Below, piece after piece: positions 12,601-25,500 of a stretch of 64,000 bases of DNA (within the stretch, counting starts at the first letter, position 1; each line of letters starts with the position of its first letter). The notes beneath the pieces were generated by a model. It was not told the DNA's origin. It saw only the letters and a list, made by a program, of their open reading frames with translations, and did not search any database. The DNA is taken from positions 53,196,001 to 53,260,000 of the forward strand of contig NC_088859.1 in assembly GCF_963853765.1 (NCBI RefSeq). The letters are read 5' to 3'. Position numbers and translations under genes: made by a program. Origin of the DNA: Magallana gigas (Eukaryota).

Positions 12601-15600
12601 TTGTTAAGGAAGGAGTTGAGAGTTGTAGATTGTATAAAAGTTGTCCCCTGCAGTCTGTGGGGTGGTTCTGACCGGAATCCTGGGTGAAGATGGCATGGCG
12701 GGCCTCCTCCAGAGAGGTCTGGGCAGACACCTCCTTCTTCTCCAGTAGTTTCTGGACCATGGCCTCAATGATTTGGGTGAGGCCAGTCTTCTGTAGGTCC
12801 AGCATCAGCAGAGTCCGGCTCAGGAAATCCTCCACGTCCTTGAAGGCTCGGATCTCAGCGTGGAAGTCCTTCAGAGGCACCTTCTGCTCAAAAATAGACA
12901 GGCTTTATCAGAGGTGGGTACAAGTAGGGTATTTACAATGCAGACATGTATAACACAGGTGTACCAACATGAATATATTCTTAGCCTGTTAAAGCCAGCA
13001 GATTAATTTGCTTTACAGAAAAAAGTTTCTGAACAAAAACTTTTTAATCAATATATTCAAAAAGTAAAAATCTGTTGATATTTATATGTGAAAAATCATG
13101 CTTTTTTACTCAAAGTTTAGGGTTAAAAACTTTGAAAATTAAATTCCTCTGAACAACTCTTAAATGTAATTATAACTCAACATTTTGGACTTTACAGTAA
13201 ATCATACTTTCATAACTTACCTCAAATCTTCCATGAAGCAAAGCAAAGTCATCCTCATCTGTGAGTGATAAAATGAAGGAGGAATAGTCACAATACTATT
13301 GAAAGTCTGACTATAAACTGTATTCATTTTAAAATTCTATTAGTTCAAATCAATCAATAACAGTCAGGCATTTTAACAAACTTATTTCTACCTGCAGAGG
13401 AATGTCTTCTTCTCCGCTCTGGGTCCAAATGAAATAAAAAAGACAAATAAATAAGAATCATCAATGATTAACGTTTCCTAAAACTTGTTTTGTTCTAATC
13501 ACACAATAAAAAACTTTTGCTTAATTACATGTCATTATATTGCATCTTTTATACTTGCACTTTAAGATTTTTTTTAAAGGAAAAAAAAAGTTTCTAGCAA
13601 ATCGAAACATGAAAAAGTAACTAATAAAAAAACCAATTCAGGCAATCTAAATCACCTTAAATAAGATCAAAAAAAAAAATAAAAAAAAAAACCATGTAAA
13701 CAAAGTTAAGAAATGCTCAACACACAAAGTAAAAAAAGAGAGCCAAGTCCAAACCAGTCCGGGGGTGAACCTCCCCAAAGTTACCTTGTCTGTAAAGGTC
13801 ATTGCTCTCTACCGTCTCTAATCGGTTCTTTAAGATACCTTTCAGCAGCCCTGTGCAAGTTATAGCAGTTAAAACTCATAATTCAAGTTCATTGGAAACT
13901 CACATTATATGAAAAATAAACATCTGAATAAAGATAACAAAATAACTAAATGATTTGAAGAAACTACACAAGTTGTTGATGAACTAAACTGAAACAAAAT
14001 CAGTAAATTCTGTAACCTTTCTTGAAGAGGTATTTAATGAGGAATTGCACAAATGAAGGCATCCATTTCATTATATATTATTCATGCTGCATTCACAATT
14101 GTGTGCCGAAAGACTAGGTCTATCACAGGGTTTCTTGTACGTTGATAATTGTTAAATATCTTGTATGGAAATCATGCCTTGCACAATTTGATCATTATTG
14201 GAGAACTTAGCAGAGTAATTTTTACAATTTGATCATTGTTAGAGAATTTGCCAAACTTGTGCATTGTAAATTGTTCAATAACTTGTATGAACAGATTGTC
14301 TTGTACATTGATCATTGCTAGAGAACTTGTCTGTAACAGAATGACTTGTACATTGATCATTGGTAGAGAACATGTCTGTAACAGAATGACTTGTACATTG
14401 ATCATCGCTAGAGAACTTGTCTGTAACAGAATGGTTTGTATATTAATCATTAGTAGGGAACTTGTCTGTAATAGAATGACTAGTACATTGACCATTGTTA
14501 GAGAACTTGTCTGTAACAGAATGACTTGTACATTGACCATCGGTACAGAACTTGTCTGTAACAGAATGACTTGTACATTTATCATTAGTAGAGAACTTGT
14601 CTGTGACAGAATAACTTGTACATTGATCATTGGTAGAGAACTTGTCTGTAACAGAGTGACTTGTACATTGTTCACTGGTAGAGAACTTATCTGTAACAGA
14701 ATGACTTGTACATTAATCATTAGTAGAGAACTTGTCTGTAACAGAATGACTAGTACATTGACCATTGGTAGAGAACTTGTCTGTAACAGCATGACTTGTA
14801 CATTAAAGAAGAACTTGTCTGTAACAGAGTAACTTGTACATTGATCAGTGGTAGAGAACTTGTCTGTAACAGAGTGATTTGTACATTGATCATTGGTAGA
14901 GAACTTATCTGTAACAGAATGACTTGTACATTTATCATTGGTAGAGAACTTGTCTGTAACAGAATGATTTGTACATGGATCATTGTAAGAGAACTTAACA
15001 GAGTGACTTTAACAACTTGTATGTAACATATTGATTTGTCATTGTTAAGATAACTTGTCTGAACTTGTGCATTGTTAGTTATTAGATACCTTGTCTGCAA
15101 CAGAGTGACATGTACCGGTACATTGATTATTGTGAAAAGAACTTGTCTGTAACAGTGTGACTTGTACAATGTACATAGATCAATAATAAAGAAATGGTCT
15201 GTAACAGTGTGACTAATGTACAATGTACATAGATCAATATTAAAGAAATGGTCTGTAACAGGGTGACTTGTACAATGTACATAGATCAATATCAAAGAAA
15301 TGGTCTGTAACAGGGTGACTTGTACAATGTACATAGATCAATATCAAAGAAATGGTCTGTAACAGGGTGACTTGTATAAAGATCAATTTTAGACTTGTTT
15401 ACAGACAATAATTAGAGAACTTCTACATAAAAGATGATTTGTACATTGATAATTGTCAGTACCAGAGGAGTCTTGTATACAATCATTAGAGAAACGGTCT
15501 ACAGTTTATCAACAGTTTATGAATGAAGTTCAAAGATTATGAATGGAGTGAGAAATGAACCCTTCATTTGTCCTAGGGGACTGTGTGGGACAAGATTGAT

Positions 15601-18600
15601 AACAAAGCACCGAGGGCCTTACAGCCAGCATAGCATTGACTGTGACTTAATTTCAGTGTTAGCCTGTGTGACAACTTTGTCCATTAGACCCATGTAATTG
15701 TTTCACAATCAGAAGCATTTAGCAGCTATGATGAGGTCGTGTAAGTTATGACTGCTGGCTACTATGGCAAAGACCAGAGGCAGGAACCAATATATATCCT
15801 GTGTGGGAGTGCTAATCTGCATAACTACCAGGCTAGACTTCACACCGCAATTACAATCTCAGAGATCAGTCAGCTCAGGATTAAAGGCTTTCCAACCACA
15901 TCACCAAAAAAGCACTTATTTCACATGCACAACCTTACAGAAAACCTCTAGGGTCAACTGAGTGACATGTCATAAAAGCTCAAAATTTCTGTTTGATCTT
16001 AATCAATATAATCTCTTGTATTTTGTTTTATATCAATATCTTTCCAATATTTATGTGCTCAAGTACAATTTAGCAATTTTTTCATAACATGGAATTTGGA
16101 CTCACTTGACCTGCATTTTTCAAAACAGATCAAGCTAAAGGAAAAGGGAAAATGAGGATGGAAAAAAATTAAACTGATGCAAGTGAACCAATCTTGATAA
16201 TTATGCATTGATCCAGAAGAATTGATTAAACCATGAGATAATGTGTAAAATATCTTACCCTCCAACGTATGACATTTTTTATTGTAACTAAATAACTAAC
16301 TAATTATACAACTCAACTGGGGTGGGAAAGGATCCAGCTGTGTACAGAAAGAACAAACTTATAAGCTCACAAACATCCCTCCATGTCACTGAAAATGAAA
16401 AATACAGATCCAATTCCATCCCCAGACCACTTAGTCACTTATATGACTACTTTGGGTTTTGGCACAGGCTGTATAATTAGCGATTAATCAGGAAGCAAAT
16501 AGAATTCCTATATATCTGCTTGCTTGGTATTAATCAATTTCAAGAACTATACACTTTTTAAATATGTCTATGGATCTCTATATTTGTATTAAAGATTTAT
16601 AAGATATCTGTACTTACAAAAATGTATATGTAAGTTGTTATACTTGTAAAGAGCTTTTAGATCTTTCTACTTGTTTTGAGTCTAATGATCTCCATAATTG
16701 TAATGAATCTCTATTATCTTTCGGTAGACTTTATAATTGTTATGACAAAAGACATTCTATACACGTAATGAGTCTGTATATCTAAACTTGTTATTATTTC
16801 AAGTATATTTATTGCTATACTAGCTACAAATGAGTTTTTAGATTACTATACACCGTAAGAGTATATGAGATCTCTTTACTAGTTATGAGTTTGCAGTTCA
16901 GAGACTGTTATGAATCTTTACATCTCTATACTTGTTAAATTTTACACCGAAGCTTAATTTATATATTTATATTAAATGTAAAACGTGATTCTTGCAAAAA
17001 GTAATTCATTCTGTTCTTTAAATCACTATGTAGTTTGCACTTTTAAAAAATCTTCAAGTAAGCAGTTGTAATTATTTAATCATCTCTGCACTGAATGTAA
17101 TTAATCATCTCTGTAATTGTAATTATTTATCCCTTCATTGTAACAAGTCTATCTTTAGTACTTGTAATGGGTCAATATTTCTGACAGAAATTGAGTTATG
17201 TCTGTTACTTGTAATGAGTTTGATTCTGTTACTTGTAAGAAGTCTGTTTCCATTTCTTGTAATTATGGCCTGTCTTTGGTACATGTAATAAGTCTGTTTA
17301 AATTCCTTGTAATGAGTTTTTCTATTACTTGAAATGAGTCGGTTTTTGTTACTTGTAATGAGTCTGTTTTGGTTTCTTGTAATTATAGTCTGTCTTTGTA
17401 ACATGTAATAAGTATGTTTCAGTTACTTGTAATAAGTTTGTATTTAATAGTTGTAATGAGTTTGTTTCTGTTACTTATTGTGAGTCTGTCTGTATAACTT
17501 GTAATGATTCTAATTCAGGTACTTGTAAGTAATCTGTTTCAGTTACTTGTAATGAGTATGCTTCAGTTACTTGTAATGAATATGCTTCAGTTACTTGTAA
17601 TTATTTTGCTTCAGAAACTTGTAATGAGTCTGTCTTTATTACTTGGAATGAGTCTGCCTCTATTACTTGTAATGAGTCTGATTCTGTTAAATGTAATAAG
17701 TCTATTTCTGTTTCTTGTAATTACAGTCTGTCTTTGTTACTGCAAATGAGTCTGTTTCAGTAACTTGTAATAAGTCTGCTTTAAATTCTTGTAATGAGTC
17801 TGCCTCTATTACTTGTAATGAGTTGGTTTCCTTGTTTCAGTTACTTGTTACAAGTCTACTTCAGTTAGTTTTAATGATTCTGCCTCTATTACTTGCAAAG
17901 AGACTGTCACTAATTTTTGTAAGAGTCTGCTTTAGTAACTTGTAATACATCTGTTTCTGCTACATGTAATGAGTCTGCAGGGCATAATATCCCCTGCTTG
18001 TGGGTCCTGTAAAAGGACCCATTTTCAATTGTAAATTGACTGTTTTTCCTAAAATCTAATGAAAAATTCCTAATTAAGATAACTGTCTCATATTGTGTTA
18101 TAAAAGATAAAATGGTGATTTTGTAACTGTGCTGAGTGAGACATCCCTATATTATATGTCAATTAAATTGTCTGAGTGCAATTGTTCTGTTAAGTATGGT
18201 TTATTATGATGAAAGTGTTAATTTAATGATTATTCATGTATGTGCTATATGCCAATGAAAACCAAGAGAACTGTATTGAATTTTTGTTTTTTACTTACTA
18301 ATTGCATTGAGCTAAATCATTTTTTAAACTATTTTCCCCAAAAGAGCAATTTTTAATGAAAAATTTGAGTCTGTTTCTGTTGTACCTATTATGAGTCTGT
18401 TTCTATTACTTGATATGCTTATGTTTCTATACTTGTAATGAATCTCGTTAGTCTATTAATTTATGTTCTTTATATAATGAGTTTATTTACCATAAATAAA
18501 TGAGTCTTATTTAAAATATGTGTCTATTTTGTACTTTAAGTGGGTCGATCTGTCTATATAGCTGTAAACAGTGTGTATGTCCCTGGCCTTTTATCACAAG

Positions 18601-19643
18601 AACTCTGCATTGAGGCTGGCCGACCTTGACAAGTGTTAATTGATGCTCCAAAGTGTACAGGTCATCAATTAAATCAGTCTCTCAGACTGAATCCTCAGCC
18701 AAGCCCAGTAAGAAGCTTAAGTATACAGTCACACACCCTGCACAATTCAGCAATCAATAGTTAAGGCAGTTTGGCTGATACAGAAGTCAATGGTTTAGAT
18801 GTGGTAATTAATTCTTGTAAATACCGTGATCAAAATTCTCACATCTATCACAAAGAATAGTTCAATGACATATGAATGAGGAACAGGAAGATTTCTTCAT
18901 AAGACAGTCAGCTAATATATTATATTTTGTGAATTGCACATGGCACCTTTAAAATAATAATATCATTACTTCTAGTACCCTGCAAAATGTAATATCAATT
19001 GATCATGATAGATTGACATTTTAAAGTATTTATTTCATTTGACATGTTTTCCAGGAAATCAATATACTAGAGTTTGTTTTAGATTCAAGGAATTCATAAA
19101 TGATTCCCTGATGATTTCAACACTCAAAACAATTAAAGTCCAAACATAATTTTAAAATGTCAACAGAACATATATATAATATTATTCCCATCAAATTTCA
19201 AAACTGAAAAAAAACCTCAACATTAAGTAAACATAAAAAGTTGAAGGCTTTGAATTTTGTTGACTTATTGATCAGAAATTGTTCACCTCAGTAAATATAG
19301 CAATTCCTGCTTGTATATTACCTGGGGGAGTACTCGGAGAACTGGATTCTTAATAAAGAACAGAAGTTTTATAATTTAACCACTAAAACTTAATAAATTC
19401 CAGCATATATTGCTAAAGATGTTAATTTAATAGATAAACTTCACTGTGTTAGATAGTTGATTCTATCGCTTTGAGAAAGGTCTTACCACTGCTTGTCAGG
19501 AGGCTACTGCTGTTCCCTGAAGGTCCCCCGTGACTTCCGTTGGGGACCTCCAGAAGCTGAACATCCTCTGGCCCCACCGCCTCCTCCTCATGATTCCCAG
19601 AGTGCCAGGTTGGGTCATCCCCAGAAGTTTCAGCATCACTCAT
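32..19643 (-). CDS. SLC4A11: Sodium bicarbonate transporter-like protein 11 (SLC4A11/BTR1-like); 19 coding exons in the window, 3' end beyond position 1
   Basis: Exons (high to low): 19487-19643, 13785-13850, 13392-13418, 13221-13258, 12673-12883, 10482-10566, 10256-10379, 9857-10069, 9052-9139, 7429-7551, 7152-7265, 6495-6627, 5823-5896, 4616-4907, 4103-4209, 2312-2480, 1922-2095, 1289-1484, 32-201. All GT-AG, phases continuous (~850 aa). Diagnostic peptides: [91 protein letters not shown]. The start Met at 19643 and the short N-terminal exons are less certain than the membrane-domain exons. Confidence 0.93.
166..608. repeat. Six copies of a ~76-bp unit containing an SLC4A11 3' splice site plus exon start
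   Basis: Unit starts at 166, 245, 321, 397, 473, 548. Confidence 0.9.
609..850 (-). mobile_element. Truncated HINE 3' end
   Basis: AACAAGAGGCCCATGGGCCACATCGCTCACCTGAG is the reverse complement of the 38782-38816 terminus; similarity continues inward. Inner boundary approximate. Confidence 0.75.
2590..4117. repeat. 32-bp minisatellite (~45 copies) derived from an SLC4A11 exon end plus 5' splice site
   Basis: Minus-strand unit TCAGAGAAGTCCACA|GTAAGTATCTGTGTGGA. Confidence 0.92.
4944..5551. mobile_element. MITE with hAT-like termini
   Basis: TAGGGATGGCAAT ... ATTGCCATCCTCA imperfect TIRs; no clean 8-bp TSD. Confidence 0.5.
6620..7040. repeat. Degenerate ~27-bp repeat containing an SLC4A11 acceptor
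   Basis: Recurrent AGATAACTGAAAATGTAATCAA. Confidence 0.7.
7604..7806. mobile_element. TA-flanked MITE (TIR ~CTGTAGATTCC), same family as 34960-35178
   Basis: TA|TTGTAGATTCC ... GAAATCTACAG|TA; interior homologous to the inverted copy near 35 kb. Confidence 0.75.
7850..7958. mobile_element. Terminal fragment of the PIF/Harbinger-like MITE family seen at 10676-12510
   Basis: TAAAGCCCCTTTTACAATTGGCGCACGAGCACTTTACAACACTTTG matches the reverse complement of the right end near 12400-12510. Confidence 0.7.
7957..9051. repeat. 43/44-bp minisatellite (~25 copies) starting at an SLC4A11 donor
   Basis: Unit GTACATCACAGAGAGGATAAGGAATGACCTTGTACTTATATTG. Confidence 0.92.
9140..9620. repeat. Degenerate ~55-60-bp tandem repeat adjoining an SLC4A11 acceptor
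   Basis: Recurrent CAACTCACAGAGCAAA...TACACTCAAACA. Confidence 0.7.
10676..12510. mobile_element. Non-autonomous TIR element (PIF/Harbinger-like) with a nested MITE
   Basis: Left TIR GCCCCTTTCACAATTGGCGCATGAGCA after TAA; right TIR TGCTCATGCGCCAATTGTGGAGGG (degenerate tip). Confidence 0.65.
11416..12158. mobile_element. Nested TA-flanked Tc1/mariner(pogo)-like MITE
   Basis: TA|CAGGTGACAC ... GATTCACCTG|TA with repeated CTCTCGAA motifs near both ends. Confidence 0.75.
14170..15400. repeat. 45-bp minisatellite
   Basis: Unit GTAGAGAACTTGTCTGTAACAGAATGACTTGTACATTGATCATTG. Confidence 0.9.
17100..17960. repeat. Degenerate short-period repeat
   Basis: Recurrent TTACTTGTAATGAGTCTG. Confidence 0.8.
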
Positions 19644-20769
19644 ATCACTGTCCAAAAAAATCAGATCAATCAATCAGTGCTGGTGCTTACTCCTGACATC
19701 TATGTGACAAGAAATACTGACGGATCAGGGACACAGGTTTAGGATGTTTGTGCTGGGATTCCGTGAGATTTGATATTTTACCATTCCTTATAATCTTGAC
19801 TCAGCTGAGCTGGCCTATCATGGCAATACTGGAATCCTTGAGACAACAGATATATTTATATACAGTGTGTCACAGCACAAGGAAATTTCCAATAACTGCA
19901 GAGCATGACTGGCATGCAGAAACTGGGGACATTTGTTTTTGCTTAAGCAAACAGAACTGTCAGAAAAATATCCAAAGGTGATAATGAATTTTACTAATTA
20001 GCTAAAAAAAAAACAATTTGTACATATACATCACCTGCTCCAATCAGTTTAACTAAATCACTAAATCACACGAATTTTTTTAAAAACTATATGCATAGAA
20101 TAAGTTATACAATATGCACTATAGGATATCTATATATAATCAGAGATATTTGCAATGTCAGCCTCCCCAGACTTCATCCTTCCCCAACAGCTGATAAGTT
20201 TTCTTAAGTAGATTTTATATATTTTGGGGTTTTGTTCACGTGAAAAGGTTCCATGTTCAGGGCAACATTTTACTAAAGAACTTAGTTATATGATTTACAA
20301 CCAAATTATGAATGCTTAATAATCACAAAGTAATCAATGTTTTATTCTATTGGCAGTAAGATTAAATACTGGAAATCGAAAAAGTGGTAAATTAATGGTT
20401 TTATGAAAAAAACATTGTCAAAGATCATTCAATGAGACTGAAAATATTTACAACCTTGTCATAAGTTATTTTGTAATACGCAGTCCTCCAGACTTTTACC
20501 CCTGTCAGCCCCATTAACTGAACTATAAACTATATTAAATGGTTAAAAAAATAACCTAATTAACTTAAGAAGCAAACAATAGTATTTGATCCAGGTGACT
20601 GCAGTCCAGGACCACAAATAAATTCTTCTAATGCCTTAATACCGTATTTAGTAGCGACCTCAGTCGCTGAAAGACACAACGTTTGTTGTAGCTTACTATA
20701 GAATTAGAAAGAGTTGTAGCCAAAATCCGAGTACAACCAAACAATATTCTGGAACAAGGATGTTGCAAA

Positions 20770-22340
20770 GCTGAGTTGCTAAAGAACACCAACTATAACC
20801 TTAGTCTCTCTTTGACAGCAAAAGGATATAGCAATGCTATGTAGCTGAAGAACATCTACTATAACCTTAGTCTCTCTTTGACAGCAAAAAGGATATAGCA
20901 ATGCTGTGTAGCTGAAGAACACTAACTATAACCTTAGTCTCTCTTTGACAGCAAAAAGGATATAGCAATGCTGTGTAGCTGATGGAGAAGGACATATTTT
21001 ATAACCTTAGTCCCTCTTACAGCAACAATGATATAGCAATGCTGTGTAGCTGAAGAACATCTACTATAACCTTAGTCTCTTTAACAGCAAAAAGGATATA
21101 GCAATGCTGTGTAGCTGAAGAACATCTACTATAACCTTAGTCTCTCTTTGACAGCAAAAAGGATATAGCAATGCTGTGTAGCTGATGAAGAAGGACATAT
21201 TTTATACCCTTATACTTCCTTGGACATCAACAAGAATGTAGCAATGCTGTGAAGATGAAGAACATCTACTATAACCTTAGTCTCTCTTTAACAGCAAAAA
21301 GGATGTAGCAATGCTATGTAGCTGAAGAACATCTACTATAACCTTAGTCTCTCTTTGACAGCAAAAAGGATATAGCAATGCTGTGTAGCTGATGAAGAAG
21401 GACATATTTTACACCCTTATACTTCCTTGGACATCAACAAGAATGTAGCAATGCTGTGAAGATGAAGAACATATTTTATGACCTTGGTCCCTCTGACAGC
21501 AATAAAAATGTAGCAAAGCTTTGTAGGTGATAAAGAAGGGCATATTTTATACCCTTATACTTCCTTTGACAGCAGTAGGGATGTAGCAAAGCTGTGTAGC
21601 TGATGGAGAAAGGCATATTTTATAACCTTATACTTCCTCTGACAGCAGTAGGGATGTAGCAAAGCTGTGTAGCTGATGGAGAAAGGCATATTTTATAACC
21701 TTATACTTCCTCTGACAGCAGTAGGGATGTAGCAAAGCTGTGTAGCTGATGGAGAAAGGCATATTTTATAACCTTATACTTCCTCTGACAGCAGTAGGGA
21801 TGTAGCAAAGCTGTGTAGCTGATGGAGAAAGGCATATTTTATAACCTTAGTCCCTCTTACAGCAACAATGATGTAGCAAACCTGTGTAGCTGATAAAGAA
21901 GGACATATTTTATAACTTTATACTTTCTCTGACAGCAACAAGAATGTAGCAAAGCTGTATAGTTGTGACTAGAGAAGGGCATATTTTATACCCTTATACT
22001 TCCTTTGACAGCAGTAAGGATGTAGCAAAGCTGTGTAGCTGATGAAGAAGGGCATATTTTATACCCTTATACTTTCTCTGACATCAACAAGAATGTAGCA
22101 AAGCTGTATAGTTGTGACTAGAGAAGGGCATATTTTATACCCTTATACTTTCTCTGACATCAACAAGAATGTAGCAAAGCTGTATAGTTGTGACTAGAGA
22201 AGGGCATATTTTATACCCTTATACTTCCTTTGACGTCAACAAGAATGTAGCAAAGCTGTGAAGCTGATGAAGAAGAACAAATTTTATAACCTTAGTCCCT
22301 CTTACAGCAGGGATGTAGCAGAGCTATTTAGCTGATGAAG
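20770..22340. repeat. ~59-65-bp minisatellite with two subtypes
   Basis: Recurrent GTAGCAAAGCTGTGTAGCTGATG...TATACCCTTATACTTCC...GACAGCA. Confidence 0.9.
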
Positions 22341-24329
22341 AATGATGTATTTTATGACTATAACTCTATACCACAGCATGCCTTACATCGCCATATCTGA
22401 TAGAATAACATACAATACAGTATCAGACCATTTTATTACCATAATAATCAGCAGGACCAGATACACTTTCCTTTAGACACTTCAGTTTTGACCATTTTAA
22501 AGGAAATTACGAAACAACAGTACCTCTAAAACCATTTAGAAATTCTCAATGGTTTCGAAATTTTTCAAATGGTTATATATAATAATATTAATCTTATTCT
22601 TTCTGTTTTTTAAATTAAGTAACACTGTTTGTGATAATCTAGAACTCAATATTTCAAATCAAAATATTACAAAATATATATATATATAGTTTGTTATTTA
22701 AATTAATCTCTTTTTTATCAGTTCTGATGAATATCAGCTATATGACTCCATTACCTCTTACAGTTTAGAATTTGTATATATTAAACCCAATTATGTACAC
22801 AGGAACAAGATAAGGAAAAAACTTTCTACTCACAAATGTAAACAACTCAACAATGTAATCTCCTGATTTTGATCAGAATGCCATCTTAATTAATGCTTGG
22901 TTTAGTCATATCAAGATAAAAAAATATGAAACTATTTGTAACTTTTAAAGGAACTTTAAAGTTTGTGATGAATGATAATCCATTTCTCCTAAGGTATATT
23001 GCACAAAAGAATACTCATATTTTTCTAATGCAGTACTGGCTACAATTTTTTCTTCCATAACTTTTTTTATTAGCAAAATTTTGGTACATATATTTATTTA
23101 TTTTTGACAGTCAGTATGGGAAGATTTTGTAAAGTTATGAAATATGAGTAGGATTTTTTATAAAAAAAACTAGTTAAAAAAAACCCAGCATACAATCAAC
23201 ATATTCAAAACTCTAAAGTGAATTAACGACCATGTCTATATGATTCAGAAGACTTTGAAATTCATGTCATTTTTATCCAAATTATACCAAAAAATATATA
23301 ACATTCCATATTGCATCAGCTCTTTTTCCAGTAGTGATATGTTTCTTTATTTAGAAACTCTTTGAATAATTCTCCTCCCTATTTATTAATGTAAATTATC
23401 TGAAACTTTTTTATGACATTTGATTGATATTATTAAGGTCATTAAAAATATAGATTTTTTTTTTTAAAAAACCTTGTTAACAGAGATTTTAATGAAACTT
23501 AACAAAATATTCCCAATCACTGATCTAACAACTTGAATCATTTTCAATTCCTTTAAAAATTATTAAAATTAAAGAAAAGAAATTGATGGCAGCAAGAAAT
23601 TTAAAAGACTGAAAATCCCGAGGGATAATATAAAGATTAAAATACAAGAAAATGGCAAACAAGGTACTACGATGTGAAGGTAAACATTTACCTACTCTAG
23701 ATCAATGGCAAAGCGAACTCTCTTTTTGGGGCGCAGTTTCATTTTAACCCTTTGCAGCGGCATCTTGTAATCCAAAAAATAAAGGTTTTAAGCTGTCCTG
23801 TTACATAATCAACAAGTAATAGCAAAGTGTGAACAATTCGAGTAAGGCGGCCTGATAAGTCCTGATGCAGTTGTGATTTTATCAAACTCGCTGAACTGTG
23901 AATTAGCACATTAGTAGGTTGGTGTGTTTAGATGCCACCTCTGTTTGCCTGTGTTATCTGTAGTAAAATGTATTCAAACATAATCTAGTCTCCGTTTTCA
24001 AGGACTGCTGTGTATTACAAAAGTCCTCTGATGCCTTTTAGGAATGTCTTCCCTCCCTCTCAGGCCATTCATTCATTCATTATGAAGATTCTGATAAGAA
24101 TCAAGGACAGGTGTTTCATAAGATCATCATAACTGAGATCACAAGAAACACAGCTTGCTCTCTTGTTGAGAACCTGCAGTGAGCAATCAGTAAGCATAGG
24201 ACGGAGTAGTGATCCTTACTAGAAGTAGAAAGGGATGCTTTAATGAGCACCGCAGAACAGAAGGAATGGTTGGTTCAATCAATTTATGCATACTCATATT
24301 GAAAAAAGAATATAGTTTGAATGAGCATA

Positions 24330-25500
24330 ATAGAACAGAGTACCTCACAATTGTAGGTCTGGATCCATGGGAATTGCAAAACAGTATAACTGGATCAATT
24401 AAAATCATAAAACAGACTAGGCATGGATTAATAGTATGTAATACCTGGGGTCAATAAAAACCACAGAACAGTAGGAGTGTAGGACCTGATCCATGGGAAC
24501 CATACAACAGTAGGACTGGATCCATAGAAACCACAGAACATCAGGACTGGATCACTCAGGGAACCACACAGCAGTAGGACTTGTTCCATGGGAACCACAC
24601 AGCAGTAGGACTTGTTCCATGGGAACCATACAATTGTAAAGCTGGATCAATTAAAATAACAAAACAGTAGGACAGGATTAGGGGAAAGTACATAACTTAT
24701 ACCAAGTTAATGAGAACCACAGAACAGTAGGAGTGTAGGACTTAATCCATGGGAACCATACAACAGTAGGATGTTGGACTTAATCCATGGGAGTAACACG
24801 ACAGTAGGATGTTGGACTTGAACTATGGTGACCACAAAGCAGTAGGACTAGATTACTTGGAAACACACATCAGGACTGGGTCACTTTGAACCACACAACA
24901 GTATAGGTGTAGGGCTTGAACCATGGTAACCACACACCAGAAGGACTGGATCACTGGAAACCACACAACAGTAGGACTGGATCCATGGAAACCACACAAC
25001 ATCAGGACTAGATCACTCAGGGAACCACACAGCAGTAGGACTTGGTCACAGGGAACCACACAACACAGTGTTGTAGGACTGGTCCACAGGGAACCTCACA
25101 ACAGTAGGACTGGATCAAGTAAAATAACAAAACAGTATGAAGGATAAGAAGAAAGCACAAAACAGTTATACCACGTCAATGAGAATGTAGGATGTATAAA
25201 GATCACTTGAAACCACACAACAGAAGGGGTACGGCTTGAACCATGATAATCAAACACCAGACGGACTAGAAACCACAAAACAGTAGGAGTGTAGGACTTG
25301 AACCATATGGCAACCACACAACAGTAGGACTAAATCCCTTGGAACCACACAGCAGTAGGACTGTATCCATGGAAACCACACAACAGTAGGACTGGATTAA
25401 ACAGAACTACAAAATCCTATAATTAACTTATAAACAATAGAAAATTGGACCAAGGAGAACTGAAGAACAGTAGGACTGGATCCAAGAAAATCCATAGAAC
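24330..25500. repeat. ~26-31-bp degenerate minisatellite
   Basis: Recurrent GAACCACACAACAGTAGGACTGGATCCATGG. Confidence 0.85.

Noticed and set aside
1226-12953. Plus-strand ORFs at 1226, 2345, 4600-4846, 7373 and 12684
   Set aside because: Antisense shadows of SLC4A11 exons.
14172-15334. ~200-aa ORFs with 15-residue periodicity
   Set aside because: Products of a 45-bp minisatellite open on both strands; no splice or domain support.
24853-25317. Short ORFs in the 24-25 kb array
   Set aside because: Minisatellite translation.
24330-25500. Common origin of this array and the 3.0-3.3 kb array (shared GAACCACACA and GGACT words)
   Set aside because: The 3-kb array traces directly to an exon junction; the shared words are short and could be chance.
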